Assembly (NCBI RefSeq): GCF_006345805.1
Contig: NC_043001.1
Location: 41,230,001 to 41,294,000 of the forward strand
Origin: Octopus sinensis
Taxonomy: Eukaryota
Length of the DNA stretch: 64,000 bases
Direction of reading: 5' to 3'
Program-made: the position numbers and the translations under genes
Part shown: positions 25,475 through 37,747 of the stretch, piece by piece
How positions within the stretch are numbered: the first letter of the stretch is position 1
Layout of the letters: each line of letters opens with the position of its first letter
The notes under the pieces: generated by a model
Databases searched by the model: none
Told to the model about the DNA's origin: nothing
Seen by the model: only the letters and a program-made list of their open reading frames with translations

Positions 25475-26152
25475 GGATCTTTTCCTTTTGAATGGCACTT
25501 TTCAACACAGTTTCTAGTTAACTAAACACTTCTAAACTTCGTATACTGGTAGAATGTGTCAAAATAAAACATTTTTTTGTCTTGGCTTTCTTGAGAAAAT
25601 TGTAATTTGTTTGTTTAACGTAGTTTAATTTTTCGAATTTTAACCAATCCTATGCCCTCTATTTAGCTAAAATCATTTGCTGCGTCTAAAACAGACAACA
25701 TCCTGTCACTAACCCTAATCCTCACCCTAACCCTAAATTTTAGCCTTTGGTTTTTTTTTTCTTAATTGTTAAATTAATTTAAGGATAACAATTAAGAAAA
25801 AAAACGAAAGCAAAAACTCAAAACAAAAACAAAACGAATAATTTTAGACACACGCGTAACAATTAAATTAATTTAACAATTAAGAAAAAAAACGAAAGGC
25901 TAAAATTTAGGGTTAAGGTTAGAGTTAGGGTTAGTGACAGGATGTTGTCTCAGTTTTAGACGCAGCAAATGATTTTAGCTAAATAGAGGGCATAGGATTG
26001 GTTAAAATTCGAAAAATTAAACTACGTTAAACTTACAAATTACAATTTTCTCAAGAAAGCCAATTTGACACATTCTACCAGTATACGAAGTTTAAAAGTG
26101 TTTAGTTAACTAGAAATTGTGTTGAAAAGTGCCGTTCAAAAGGAAAAGATCC
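25475..26152. mobile_element. 678-bp foldback MITE, Merlin-type
   Basis: Starts GGATCTTTTCC and ends GGAAAAGATCC; ~300-bp imperfect inverted arms; perfect 8-bp TSD GTCCTTAC at 25467-25474 and 26153-26160. Confidence 0.88.
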
Positions 26153-26262
26153 GTCCTTACTTAATCGTCTGGGGGCGTCCACACAACAGTGTCAAAAGTG
26201 ATACAAAACATTTCTATTGTAATGTGATATAATAGTTTCACTATTATATGGTTTCAATTTCA

Positions 26263-28440
26263 TTCGAACGTGCGACATAACAGTGGCGACGAGGATTTCG
26301 TAGCTCACACAGCCACTGTGTAGTATTGCGATATAACAGTGGCGACGAGGTTTCGAATAGTACCGAAATGGAAGAGTTACTGAAAGCAGTTGTAAAACAA
26401 CAAGGGTAGCAGCAACTACAGAAGTTAACAGAATTGTTACTGCAGTCGAGAAATACGACAGAATCATTTTCAGCAGATGGTGTTGCAAATTCTATTGAAA
26501 AATTTCACTACAATCCGGATGAAGGAACTACTTTTGCTGCATATTACAGACGATACAAATACATATTCCGAGAGGAATACAAGGGATAGTCTAGTGAAAG
26601 GAAGGTAAGGCTCCTTTTGCGAAAGGTTGCTACTCCGGATCACGAAAGATTTTGTAACTTTATTTTGCCGAGAAAGCCCGCGGAATTGTGCTTTGATGAA
26701 ACGATAAATATTTTGACTAAAATTTTTAGCGAGAAAAGTTCGCAGTTTAACATTCGATGGGTATGTTTAAATTTAAAGAAAAACGAGTCCGATGATTTTG
26801 TAACATATGCCAGTATGATTAATAAGGCTTGCGAAAGGTTTAAGCTGGAAGAATTAACGCCAGATATGTTCAAGTGCCTAATATTCGTTAAAGGGCTAGT
26901 GGCAACGGAAGATGCAGAAATTAGAAAAAGAATATTATCAAAGTTGAATCAATATGTGAAACTCACTTTGCAGAAAGTGGCTGAGGAATGCCAACAAATA
27001 ATAAACCTTCGAGATGATACAAGAAAGATAGAAGACAAGAATAATAATGTACAAATGTGTAAAGAAAGTACAGAAAGAAGGAAAAATTTAAATTCAAAAT
27101 GGTGCTATGGTTGTGGAGATCGACATTTGAGGAAAGATTGACCCTTTAAAGATAAAACCTTTTTAAGTGTGGTAAAATTGGACATATACAGACGAAATGC
27201 TGGTCAAAGAAAATGGTAAAACAGAAGAAAGTCTACTCAACAAAAGTAAATTATACCAGACAAAACCGAAAATTTGTGTTGGTAGAAATAAATGTGTTTT
27301 AGACCAAAATGCAATTAGTTACCGGTTCAGACGTATCGATAATAAATACGGCAATGTGAAATAAGATAGGCAGGCCGTTGTATAAAAAAACAACTAGGAT
27401 AGCCCACGGTGTGTCAGCAGAATGAGTTCAATTTTTGGGCGAAATTTCACCAGAAATAAAACTTAAAAATGGGACATGGAAATGTAAACTAATGGTGTCT
27501 AAAAATACAATGAATCTGTTGATTTTGCAGGACCAATAAATGGCTCTCATTATATCATTGTGGTGGATAGCTATTCCAAATGGCCTGAAGTGTGTAAATG
27601 TTCAAGGCTAACCACAAGTGTGACTATTGACTTCCTGGAAGAACTGTTCGCTTGTTATGGAGTGCCAGATACGATCGTGTCGGATAATGCTACATAATTC
27701 ACGGCGAAGGAGTTCGAAAGATTCTGTAAGTCGGTTCAGATTAAGTATGTGTTAACTCCGCCATACCATCCAAGGTCAAATGGATTAGCGGAAAGATTTG
27801 TCGACACATTCAAGAGAGCCTTCAGGAAGACCAGACGGAAAATCTTTGAAGATACAAATATGACAAAGTTTTTGCAGGTGTATAGAATAACACCGAATCC
27901 AAATGCAGAATCGTTCTATTCTTGACAAATGGTTGCCAAACAGAAAATTCGGGACGAAAAAAGAAATTTTTTAACACAGGTGACAAAGTGTATTTTAAAA
28001 TATATAGTAACGGAAAACAGGACTGGGAACAAGAAAATATAACTAGACGTCTGGGTAACGTGATGTACATGGTAAAAGGACCAACATATGAACACAGAAA
28101 GCGTTTAAACCAATTAAAAAAAAGATATACCAAAAACCAAGAGAGGCGAGAAGAACCAATGGATTTATGTTATAATTTGTTCGAGGTCCCAGAACACGTA
28201 GGTTGAACAGGAAGAGAAAACCTACAGAAATGATGGAAATTAACGCTAACAGAACAAGATGTACCAGTTTCTCACCGAGGAAATAAAATTGATAAATTCG
28301 GGTTTAAAAAACTCAAAAGGGGAGGTGTTGTGTGGACGCCCCCAGACGATGAAGTAGGCTAGCCCAATATACGTAGATATAGAGGGAGAAGTCTAGACCT
28401 CGAGAATTGAGTAGAGGTCATCCGAACGTGCGACGTAACA
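26263..28440 (+). mobile_element. Gypsy LTR retrotransposon (K02A2.6-like), internally deleted: gag, partial protease and integrase, no RT/RNase H
   Basis: PBS TGGCGACGAG at 26284 and 26340. gag from ATG 26368 (NSIEKFHYNPDEG...RKVRLLLRK, knuckle CYGCGDRH). Integrase DFAGP...VDSYSKWPEV...IVSDN...[15 protein letters not shown]. Purine tract before a 115-bp 3' LTR TGTT...AACA at 28326-28440. Confidence 0.88.
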
Positions 28441-28469
28441 GACACGTAATCCCAAAACTGTAAGAGACA

Positions 28470-28623
28470 AGCGATTGCTCCGGGCTCACATCAGGCAAGA
28501 AGTTGAAAATTTTTTTGTTCCATCACACTAAGTAAAGGATGTGTAAAATTTGAATGAAATCGGTTAGGTAGTTCTTGAGCTTTAGTGGTGCACACATTCA
28601 GACACACAGAGATTCTCAGTTTT

Positions 28624-28635
<12 letters not shown>
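28470..28635 (-). repeat. Dispersed, diverged relative of the satellite monomer (Helitron-like 5' end)
   Basis: ggcaagaagttgaaaattttt...gtgtaaaatttgaatgaaatcggttaggtagttcttgag...ctcagttttata aligns with the monomer 3' half. Confidence 0.7.
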
Positions 28636-28658
<23 letters not shown>

Positions 28659-28813
28659 TGATTAAAAGCAGCAAAAATATCACAAAAACTGTTATTCAGA
28701 GGTTCATGTTCCTGTAATATTTTGGCTGCTTTTCAATAAAGCATATTACACTGCCTCTGGTATTCGAGTACTATTTTTTCCAACTTGTTCCGCATTTACA
28801 AGCTTACTCTGGT

Positions 28814-28858
<45 letters not shown>

Positions 28859-28934
28859 ATAATTATAAACATAATGTGATAGCACTTGATCGCGTACATA
28901 TTTAATCCTAGCACTCTCAATTTATATTTGAAAT

Positions 28935-29001
28935 TCTGCACTGAAGAGGTGAAATAAGTAAATACTTATAACTTTACTTAATCCCGAAACGCGTATATAG
29001 C
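28935..29001 (+). ncRNA. Second copy of the same hammerhead, stem I degraded
   Basis: Core CTGAAGA 28941-28947, GAAA 28986-28989, CGCG-TA intact. Stem I (tctgca/tatagc) has two mismatches. Confidence 0.55.
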
Positions 29002-29545
29002 TAATCTGAGTCATGTGGGTTCGTTATTTTTTCTTTTTGCCAATTTAAAAAAAGATCTTAATGGTAGCAGAAAAGGAATTTTAACTCCTATTTCTAAATT
29101 CGGTGCGTGGTGAAGCAATTAGCTGACTCCTAATTATAATTATATTTATAATTATAGAATATTTGTATAATTTTACCTAAAAAGGTTATTTTAACGTACC
29201 GATCTACTTGGTAAAATTATTAATTATGGTGTCCCTATTCACCCCTACTAAACACCAAAATAGGGGTGAAAGCAGAAATAGGCGGTGGTAAGGATAACAA
29301 TGGATTTTCCGGGAAATCATATATATATATATATATATATATCAATAATAACACCTTTTTATGCCGAATTCTACTTGGTGAAATTATTGATTACGAGTTA
29401 ATTAATTTTACCCTTTGTTATTATTGATAATATAATTTTCTCCCCGATAATAAGCTACAGATTTTTTCTGTAGTATTTTTACTTGACGACACCCGTGGAT
29501 GGGCAGGCAAAAAGAAAAAGTAACGAACCCACATGACTCAGATTA

Positions 29546-29613
29546 GCTACATACGCGTTTCGGGATTAAAGTAAAGTTATAAGTATTTACTTATTTCACC
29601 TCTTCAGTGCAGC
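29546..29613 (-). ncRNA. Penelope-type minimal hammerhead ribozyme, apparently intact
   Basis: gctgca CTGAAGA gg...aagtaaa-N10-tttactt...cc GAAA cgcg TA tgtagc. Stem I 6 bp, G-C closing pair at stem II, palindromic CGCG stem III, GUA triplet. Confidence 0.72.
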
Positions 29614-30002
29614 ATTTCAAATATAAATTTGAGAGTGCTAGGATTAAATATGTACGCGATCAAGTGCTATCACATATTTGGAATTCAGCGGTACTGCACG
29701 TTGAATATGATCTGTCTGATACTGTTAGTTGGAGAGGTATATTCAATTCTTCCAGTGCTTTCGGATTTAATATTGTGAAGTTCCATGCTGAAGAGGAAAA
29801 TGTTTGGGTAAAGTATAAATTCTACATTCTTTATACCGATCTAATTCCGAAACGCGTCCATGGGTAATCATATACCGATTGATTTTCGTTAGTTTACCTC
29901 TCTGTTTGCGTGGGTTGTTTTCGAGTACTTCGTTTTTGTCCGGGAGTCTCATTTTAAAGTAGAGGAAATAGCTAAGGTTCTTTGGCTGCTATTTCTAAAC
30001 TT

Positions 30003-31055
30003 CCTGGGCAAAGTTTAGAAAGCTTCTACCCTTACTGGTGACAAAGGGGGTCTCGCTCAGAGTGAAAGGTAGATTGTACGACGCATGTGTGCGAACTGCC
30101 ATGCTTCACGGTAGTGAAACATGGGCTGTGACTGCAGAGGACATGCGTAGGCTTGAAAGAAATGAAACAAGCACGATCCGCTGGATGTGTAGTGTCACTG
30201 TGCACACACGACAGAGTGTAAGCGCCCTGAGAGTAATGCTGGACATAAGAAGCATCGGATGTGGTGTGGAAGAGAGACGTTTGCACTGCTATGGTCATGT
30301 ACTACGGATGGATGAGGAGAGATGTGTGAAGAAGTGCCACTCCCAAACAGTTGAAGGTATCCGGGGGAGAGGTAGACCCAGGAAGACAATGGATGAAGTG
30401 GTCAAGCATGACCTTTGAACGTTGGGCCTCACAGAGGCAATGATGAAAGACCGAGATCTCTGAAGATATGCTGTGACTGCAAAGCCCGACAAATAATATG
30501 AGTTCATGGCTGTTTCCTGCACCAGTTTCGCATAGCCCCAGCCCATCCAAAGTACCTTGATTTGCAGAACGAATTGCTGTGCTTACCTTGGATCGTAGGG
30601 TGACCTGCTGTGCTTACCTTGGATCGTAGGGTGACCTGCTGTGCTTACCTTGGATCGTAGGGTGACCTGCTGTGCTTACCTTGGATCGTAGGGTGACCTG
30701 CTGTGCTTACCTTGGATCGTAGGGTGACCTGATGTGCTTGAGGAGACCTATTGAGTCAAGTACATCAACATCAAAATAAATATCAAATGAAAATTGTTGT
30801 TGTGATACCTGTGCCGGTGGCACGTTAAAAGCACCATCCGAACGTGGCTGATGCCAGCGCCGCCTTGACTGGCTTCTGTGCCGGTGGCATGTAAAAATCA
30901 CCCACTACACTCACGGAGTGGTTGGCGTTAGGAAGGGCATCCAGCTGTAGAAATACTGCCAGATCAGACTGGAGCCTGGTGTAGCCTTCTGGCTTCCCGG
31001 ACGCCGGTCGAACGTCCGTCCCATGCTAGCACGGAAAACGGACGTTAAATGATGA
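30003..31055 (+). mobile_element. RTE LINE 3' fragment
   Basis: WAKFRKLLPLLVTKG...RTAMLHGSETWAV...RGRGRPRKT; 3' UTR homologous to 21830-22350; ends gttaaatgatgat. Confidence 0.9.
30575..30739. repeat. 31-bp minisatellite (5 perfect copies plus a partial) inside the RTE 3' UTR
   Basis: tgctgtgcttaccttggatcgtagggtgacc starts at 30575, 30606, 30637, 30668 and 30699. Confidence 0.95.
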
Positions 31056-31510
31056 TATATATATATATAAGTTATGTATGTATAAGTTAGAGGTGTTTAA
31101 AACCTCTAAGGGATGGTTAAATCCAAAGGCGCTCCTGGTGATTAGCTGAGTAGGTACTTCATAAAAGAATATTCGTGGTTGGCCAAACGGATTTTCGTCG
31201 AACCAACGTAGAAAATGTGTTTACCTTCAGTTTCAACTATAGCTTGGTATACTAAATTCTTCCGTTGGCTTACTAATTAAAATACTAATTTTTCTGAAAA
31301 TTATGAGGAAATAAAGCCAACTTTTGTGAATTCTCAGAAACTCCTGTTCGCTCCACCGGGAACATTTTTCACGCCAAATTCCGATATAATCAGAATCTAC
31401 GCCATCTGAAGCAAAGTCGTAAAAAGTAATTCTTTAAAAAGTATATACCTTTCTGGAAGTTATGAGAAAACGAAGTCAAGGGTGGACACTTGTGTAGGTG
31501 TATACCCAAT

Positions 31511-31898
31511 ATCGCTGACAACCTCTTAGAATTTCGTTAAGTAAATTACTCGCTTCTACCCCCACTGCAGCATGAATTTTGACCATCGTCCCTTAATTCC
31601 GACCGACCTGTTCGCTGGCCATTTTTATTTTTTATTCTGCCACACGATGACCGAGACGCAAAGCTAAGAACACTTTTCTCTTTCTTCTCCCTCTCTATTC
31701 CACTCCTAATATCTTAAATGTTTTCAGTACTGACAGCTTGCTGTCGTGTTTAAATGATCTCATCGCTGACAACCTCTTAGAATTTCGTTAAGTAAATTAC
31801 TCGCTTCTACCCCTACTGCAGCATGAATTTTGACCATCGTCCCTTAATTCCGACCGACCTGTTCGCTGGCCATTTTTATTTTTTATTCTGCCACACGA
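31511..31898. repeat. 137-bp direct duplication (31511-31647 and 31762-31898)
   Basis: Identical except for one base (acccccactg vs acccctactg); 114-bp spacer. Confidence 0.92.
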
Positions 31899-34066
31899 AT
31901 TATAACGATGACGATAACTATAATGTTTTTCTTTATTTACTATTAAGACAATAGGCGAGAGGGCACAGCATGGACTGGTTACTAAATGGTGGTGGTGGTG
32001 ATGTTACAATAAACCCAAATGAGTGACAAAGAAGTTAAAATCTACACAGTATGAAAAATTCCATAGTGTTCTCGAAAACGACCGCCACTAAGTGTCAATC
32101 AAAGAACTTCACAGATCCTAGAACACCCTGACAGTCAAGCATAAATGCCTTCTTCCATCAGTCGTTCACTAACCTACGCATACCGAGAAAAGACCCAATC
32201 GATTGAGCCATACTCACCACTTTCACCCGCTTTCTTGTAAATTTATTAGACAGTTGCGGCTCTCTCTTTCCACCTTCCCCACCAAATGGAAAGTGTACAT
32301 ACATACGAGCGAAGAGCGAAAACTTTAATGTTTGTGTGCATGGGAGCATTTCATCTATTCAATTTTGCAGGTTTCGTCCTACAAATTTTAAAAGGTTGAT
32401 ATGAAGAATCATCAAAGAATATGTAACTTTTGGAACGAAAGAGTAAAACAATGGACAAACAATACAGAGCCAGCTAGATTAAGGTTACCAAATGTCCAGT
32501 TTATGTGGGACATATCTCCTATTTAATGATCTTGACCTTTGACTCATACAAGTGCAGGATTTTAAATTTCCGCCTTTGAAAATACATTCACCCACGCAAA
32601 CACTTTCACTTTTTGACCTTGAAAGCACTTCTTATAACATCTGTCCCCACTTGAACGTGAGCGACAGCATTCCGCAACCTTTTTTCACTTGTGGTACACT
32701 TATATTCCTTTCAAAATTCGGCGGCACATTTGAACTAAAAATATAACTAAAAGTATTGGGGAAGAAATATTCAAGTTACATTGCGGCACACTTAGAATCG
32801 TCTCGTGGCATGCCGGTTGCAGAGCAGTATTATAACAAACTATACTGCAGTTGTTACCATGAGAGAAACTCATTTTGGATTTTGGTGCAAAATGCACTCT
32901 TGCTAGTAGTTACCGTGATAACTTCCGAAAACGTTTATTCTTTCACTTTCATTGAGTTCTTACGACGAAGAAACGCTTTCGGTTTTCTATCAGGCAAACG
33001 TCTGCGTGTGACAAAGTTAATACTTTTCTTCCATGGGTTACTGTTCACAGCAACCCTACTTCTTCCACCAAAAATAAAATTTTCCTTTTGTTTCCCTTTT
33101 ATTATAATAATGACGATGTTCGAAACTGCTTAAAATTTATTGCATTGGGATTTTTTTTTTAATAGAACACCTTGTTCTCAAATGTTTTTGTTTTTGTTTT
33201 TTAAACTAAAGGGAGATAATTCCCATTTTTATCTGCTCCTAGTAAATTAAACGAAGTCGTTATTTATAGCAATTAAGGACCTGATTGACAGTTTATTTGT
33301 AAAAAATTACTTCGAACATGTGAATTTATTTCCGCTAAATTTTGATATAAAAGGTAATTTTTAGTAATATTTAAAAAAAAATTGAAACCTCTTGTAAAGA
33401 AGTTTATATTTCAAAGTAAGAAGAACGATGCGAAATAGTTTCTCTTTATGCTTCCAAGAAACTTAATGTCCACGTTTACATTCTCCAATTATAAATTACG
33501 TTCTCTTTCGAGTTTAATTTACCTCATAGCCTTATCTCTTATTCTAGACAGTTTTCTATATATGACGTTAATGCATTTCCCCTATACATTCCCTGGATCA
33601 ATTCAGTTTCAATAAGTACGAGAAATCTAGTTGTAAATTCAATTCAGTCATTTTTATAATTAAAAAGTGAAAGAATGAAACTAATCCTTGTCTTCTCTTA
33701 TCTAGGATGCATTTAAGGCATCGACCTTGGTACTTCGTGTTTCTATTTCCCAGGCTGGATAAAATAAAATACTGAGGATATGAACTCTGGATATTCCCGG
33801 TATTTTACCTGTCACATAGAAATAACGTGCTACATGGATCCAATTTAGAAATCATTTTACGTAAGTGACAACTAGGAATAATTAAACTGAGTTAATTGTC
33901 GTTATATGGTAGCTATATTTTATAAATATAAAACACGATTTAGAATTTTTGTTGATATTTGGGGATTCAACATGCATGGTATAAATGAGCCAAGGAGGGA
34001 ACCTTCCGTTTTGTACTAGAGGTCATTATTTACGTACTTTTTTGGCAACTCTGAGTGATAAAATAA

Positions 34067-34738
34067 GGGCATATGTACACAAGTATGTCCCACTTCCTGA
34101 ATTTGTTTCCGCGTAACTTTCAGAAAAACGGGTATGTTTTCAATGAAATTTTCTACAGACACGCTTTAGATGGTGTAGATTCCAATTATATCGTAATACG
34201 TGGCGAAAAGTTTTTTTTCCTTGAGAGGAGTTTCAGAAATATTCATACGAGTTGGCTTTGTTTCCTCATAACTTTCAGAAAAATGAATATTTTTAAAGAA
34301 ATACCTTTCAGACGCTTCAGAATATGGGTATATCGGAATTTAATGTAGAAAAAAAAAACGAGCATACATGTACTAACTGACGCACTACGTTTTCGCAATT
34401 CCCAGTTTCATTTTGTTGATATTTGTGGTGTGTGGTGTGCGCAAGTTCACCAATATTTTTTTTTTCATATTAAATTCCGATATAATCCTAATCTACATCA
34501 TCTGAGGTATTTGTAGAAAATTTCATTACCAAATAAATACCCATTATGAGGAAACAAAGCCGACTTTTGTGAATTTTCTTAAACTCTCTCTCCGGCCTCG
34601 GAAAAATGTTAAGATTCCTATATAATTGAGTTCTGCACCATCTGAAGCGTTTTTGTAGAAAATTTCATCAAAAAGTATCCATTTCTCTGGAAGGTAAGAA
34701 GAAACAAATTTTGGGAGGCACACTTGTTCAGATATACC
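34067..34738. repeat. Diverged foldback/MITE-like inverted repeat; third related copy at ~31280-31507
   Basis: 34067-34340 is an imperfect reverse complement of 34460-34738 (shared ttatgaggaaacaaagcc.acttttgtgaat and aattccgatataatc blocks). No clear TSD. Confidence 0.6.
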
Positions 34739-36329
34739 AAAATCAGTACCAGTCAATACAAGGCTCGAATGAATAAATTTGTGACCTAAATGCAATGCCT
34801 AAACGATAGGATCTTAAGGTAAATGACTAGTAGTACCGCCATATCTAGCTTGTTCACATTCACTCAGTTTAAATATTGTCTGTGTAGACTTTCACCTTGA
34901 TGAAGTCAATTTCGGGTCGATTCTATTGATCATGTTTTTCTTTTTTAAATTTGTGACCTGTTTTCAATGTAAGAAATAGTTTATTATAATAATAATAAAA
35001 AAAAAAAGGATGGGTTAGCAAAATTAAAATACTTTCCACTATTTAACTTTACCTAAGGCGGGTTTTGTGCACGCAAGTTAAGTTTTTTGACATTTGAAAA
35101 TAGGGTTAAACTAAAGCGTTAGACCCGGCCAAAAAACAAAAAAAAAATAGTATGTTGTTGTTTAGCACCAGGTCAACTCTGAGCGTAACCTGATCCTTTT
35201 TTTTTTTTAGAGAGGTATTTGTAAGGAGTATATTATCGAACGAATTCCTTCCTTGACTAACAACCCGCTATCATTATATTTCATTTTCAAGCCTTTTACA
35301 CGTGTCGGTTTCAGTAGAAACCCGAATCAAATATATGAGAAAGTTTTATCTTGGATTTTTGGTGGGTTTGTCGAATAGACACCTCACTTCCCTGTCTTTT
35401 TTTTCTTTTTTTTTTTTTCTAAGGATTTCAGTGGTCTTTTGTTTTAGTAACAAAAATGTGTAGGTGAAAATCAAAGAAAAATGAAACTGGAAATGTGTAA
35501 AAATAGACTGAACAATTTAAAGCGAAACAATTAAGTAAAAGGCTTTCGAAATATCCACACCCATCTCAGAACCAATCATCAGGTTGCTTTAAAACTTGTC
35601 CATTCATTTGCGCGTGCGTGGATACCAACTGATCCCGTAGTTTATAATGATGAAGGGTTCAGTATAGTGGCTCAACATGCTAGAAATAACAGCCAAATCT
35701 CCTTCAACCCGCACACTTCTAACGCCTTATACAATGAAAGAAAATATTGGGCGATATAGTCCCATATACACAAAAAGAAAAATTCGCGATTCTGAAATAA
35801 CATCTGTCTGTGAGTAATAAGGAATGCATATGCGCATTTATTCTTGCTCTCTCTTACCAGCTCACGCAGAAACATTAAATCTCCCCTTTATTAGTGGGAA
35901 GACAAAAATATCGTTTGCATCTATATACTTCTGCTTTTTTCATCATGTTTATTGGACAAGTTTTAACATTTTGAAATCATTTCAATTTTTTAAATACAAC
36001 AATTCATCTTTTCAATACTCACTAACCCATCTTAGAGTGGAAGGGATGCTCTTTCCTTGAGAGAGTTTGCTTTGGTCTTTTTTAAACTGTTACTTTTGCA
36101 CTACTTCACAACCTCACAATTAAATTTTGAAAAGATATTTTCTTTTTATTTGATAAAATCATAATCTCTGTTGTAGAGCACATAGGAATCCCCCCAAAAA
36201 TTTTTGAAAAAGAAAAGAAACAGTAAAGGTTGGGAAGGTGACTATTCAACATACCCTCCAAATTGTTTTTATCATAATGATTCCTGCTCCAAAATATTGG
36301 TTTTAAATTTTGGTACAAGATCAGCAGGT

Positions 36330-36636
36330 TTGGGGGAAGGGGGAAATTGATTAAATCGGACACCAGTGTTCTTCTGGTGCTTATTTTATCAACCACAAAA
36401 GGATGAAAGGCAAAGTTGACCTCAGTGGTGTTTGGACTCAGAATACAAAGACAGATGAAATGCCATTAAACATTTTGTTTGGCATGCTAACAATTCTGCC
36501 AGCTTGCCACCTTGTCCCTGCCTGAACATGTCACACACCCAAAGCTAAGTTTCCTGCCAAGCAATTTATTCTCATTTTTTTAAAAATCACATTAAAACTT
36601 ATTAAATATTTTGATATTTGTAAACTATAGCAATCC

Positions 36637-36667
<31 letters not shown>

Positions 36668-37430
36668 CATTATTATCATTTAACGGCAATTTTTCTTGCT
36701 GGCATCAGTTGGATGGTTTGTCTGATATGTTGCAGGGCTGTGTTGAGCTCCAATGTCAGTGTTGGCATGGTAACTATGGCTGGGTATCTTTCCTAATGTT
36801 AACTGGATGCAGTAATTCTAAATATTAGTTTCAAATTTTGGCACAAAACCAGCAAGTTCAGGAGAGGGTATAAGTTGGTTACATTGAACCCTGTGGTCAA
36901 CCGGTAATTATTTATTGACCCCCAAAAGTTGAAAGGTAGTTGAATTTGAATTCAGAATGTAAAGACATGAAATACTGCTAAGCATTTAGCTTGGCATGCT
37001 ACTGATTCTTATTTCTTTATTGCCCACAAAGGGCTAAACATAGAGAGGACAAGGACAGACAAAGGTATTAAGTCGATTACATCGATTCCAGTGCATTACT
37101 GGTACTTAATTTATTGACCCTGAAAAGATGAAAGGCAAAGTCGACCTCAGTGGAATTTGAACTCAAAACATAATGGCAGATAAAATACCTATTTCTTTAC
37201 TACCCACAAGGGGCTAAACACAGAGAGGACAAACAAGGACAGACAAATGGATTAAGTTGATTATATTGACCCCAGTGTGTAACTGGTACTTATTTAATCG
37301 ACCCTGAAATTTGGTGGAATTTGAACTCAGAACGTAGCGGCAGACGAAATACCGCTAAGCACTTTGCCCGGTGTGCTAACATTTCTGCCAGCTCGCCGCC
37401 TTACTACTGATTCTGCCAGCTCGCTGCCCT
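36330..37430. repeat. Cluster of nested SINE-like repeats and a (CAT)n tract
   Basis: Repeated gatgaaaggcaaagt.gacctcagtgg, gaatttgaactcagaa and gacagacaaa.ggattaagt blocks; (CAT)n at 36638-36670. Confidence 0.7.
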
Positions 37431-37747
37431 TGTGATTCTAAATAATTTTTTCAGTGTCTGTATGTTATATTTATGAATTTAGACTACTCTAAATACAAAC
37501 AATTCTTGTGATTATATGTTACTACAATTTTAAGTTGTCATTAAGTATGCTAAATTATTTAAATATATTCACATGCCAAATATAGTGATTTATTTGCAAG
37601 TTAAGCTTGACAAAGCCATTTATTAAAAATTTCTATTTATAATAATCACTAAAGTATTTTTTTGTTTTTAGGCTATTGTTGAAATATTGAGATCTAAGTT
37701 TTCCCTAAAGTTTTCTGGTTTATCTTACAATTCATCTTGAAGAAACT

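Larger units (their letters stand above)
28874..29675. mobile_element. Tail-to-tail inverted Penelope-like pLTR pair (arms 28874-29041 and 29506-29675), each with a hammerhead motif
   Basis: The ~170-bp arms are near-perfect reverse complements and both contain CTGAAGA...GAAACGCGTA. A degenerate coding-like stretch at 29676-30000 (minus) leads into the right arm. Confidence 0.7.

Noticed and set aside
25710-25740. Interstitial telomere (CCCTAA/TTAGGG, also 25905-25935 and 53453-53467)
   Set aside because: Only 2-4 degenerate units, and they are internal to a MITE family.
30575-30739. CRISPR array (31-bp repeats)
   Set aside because: Units abut with no spacers, sit in a LINE 3' UTR, and no cas genes are present.
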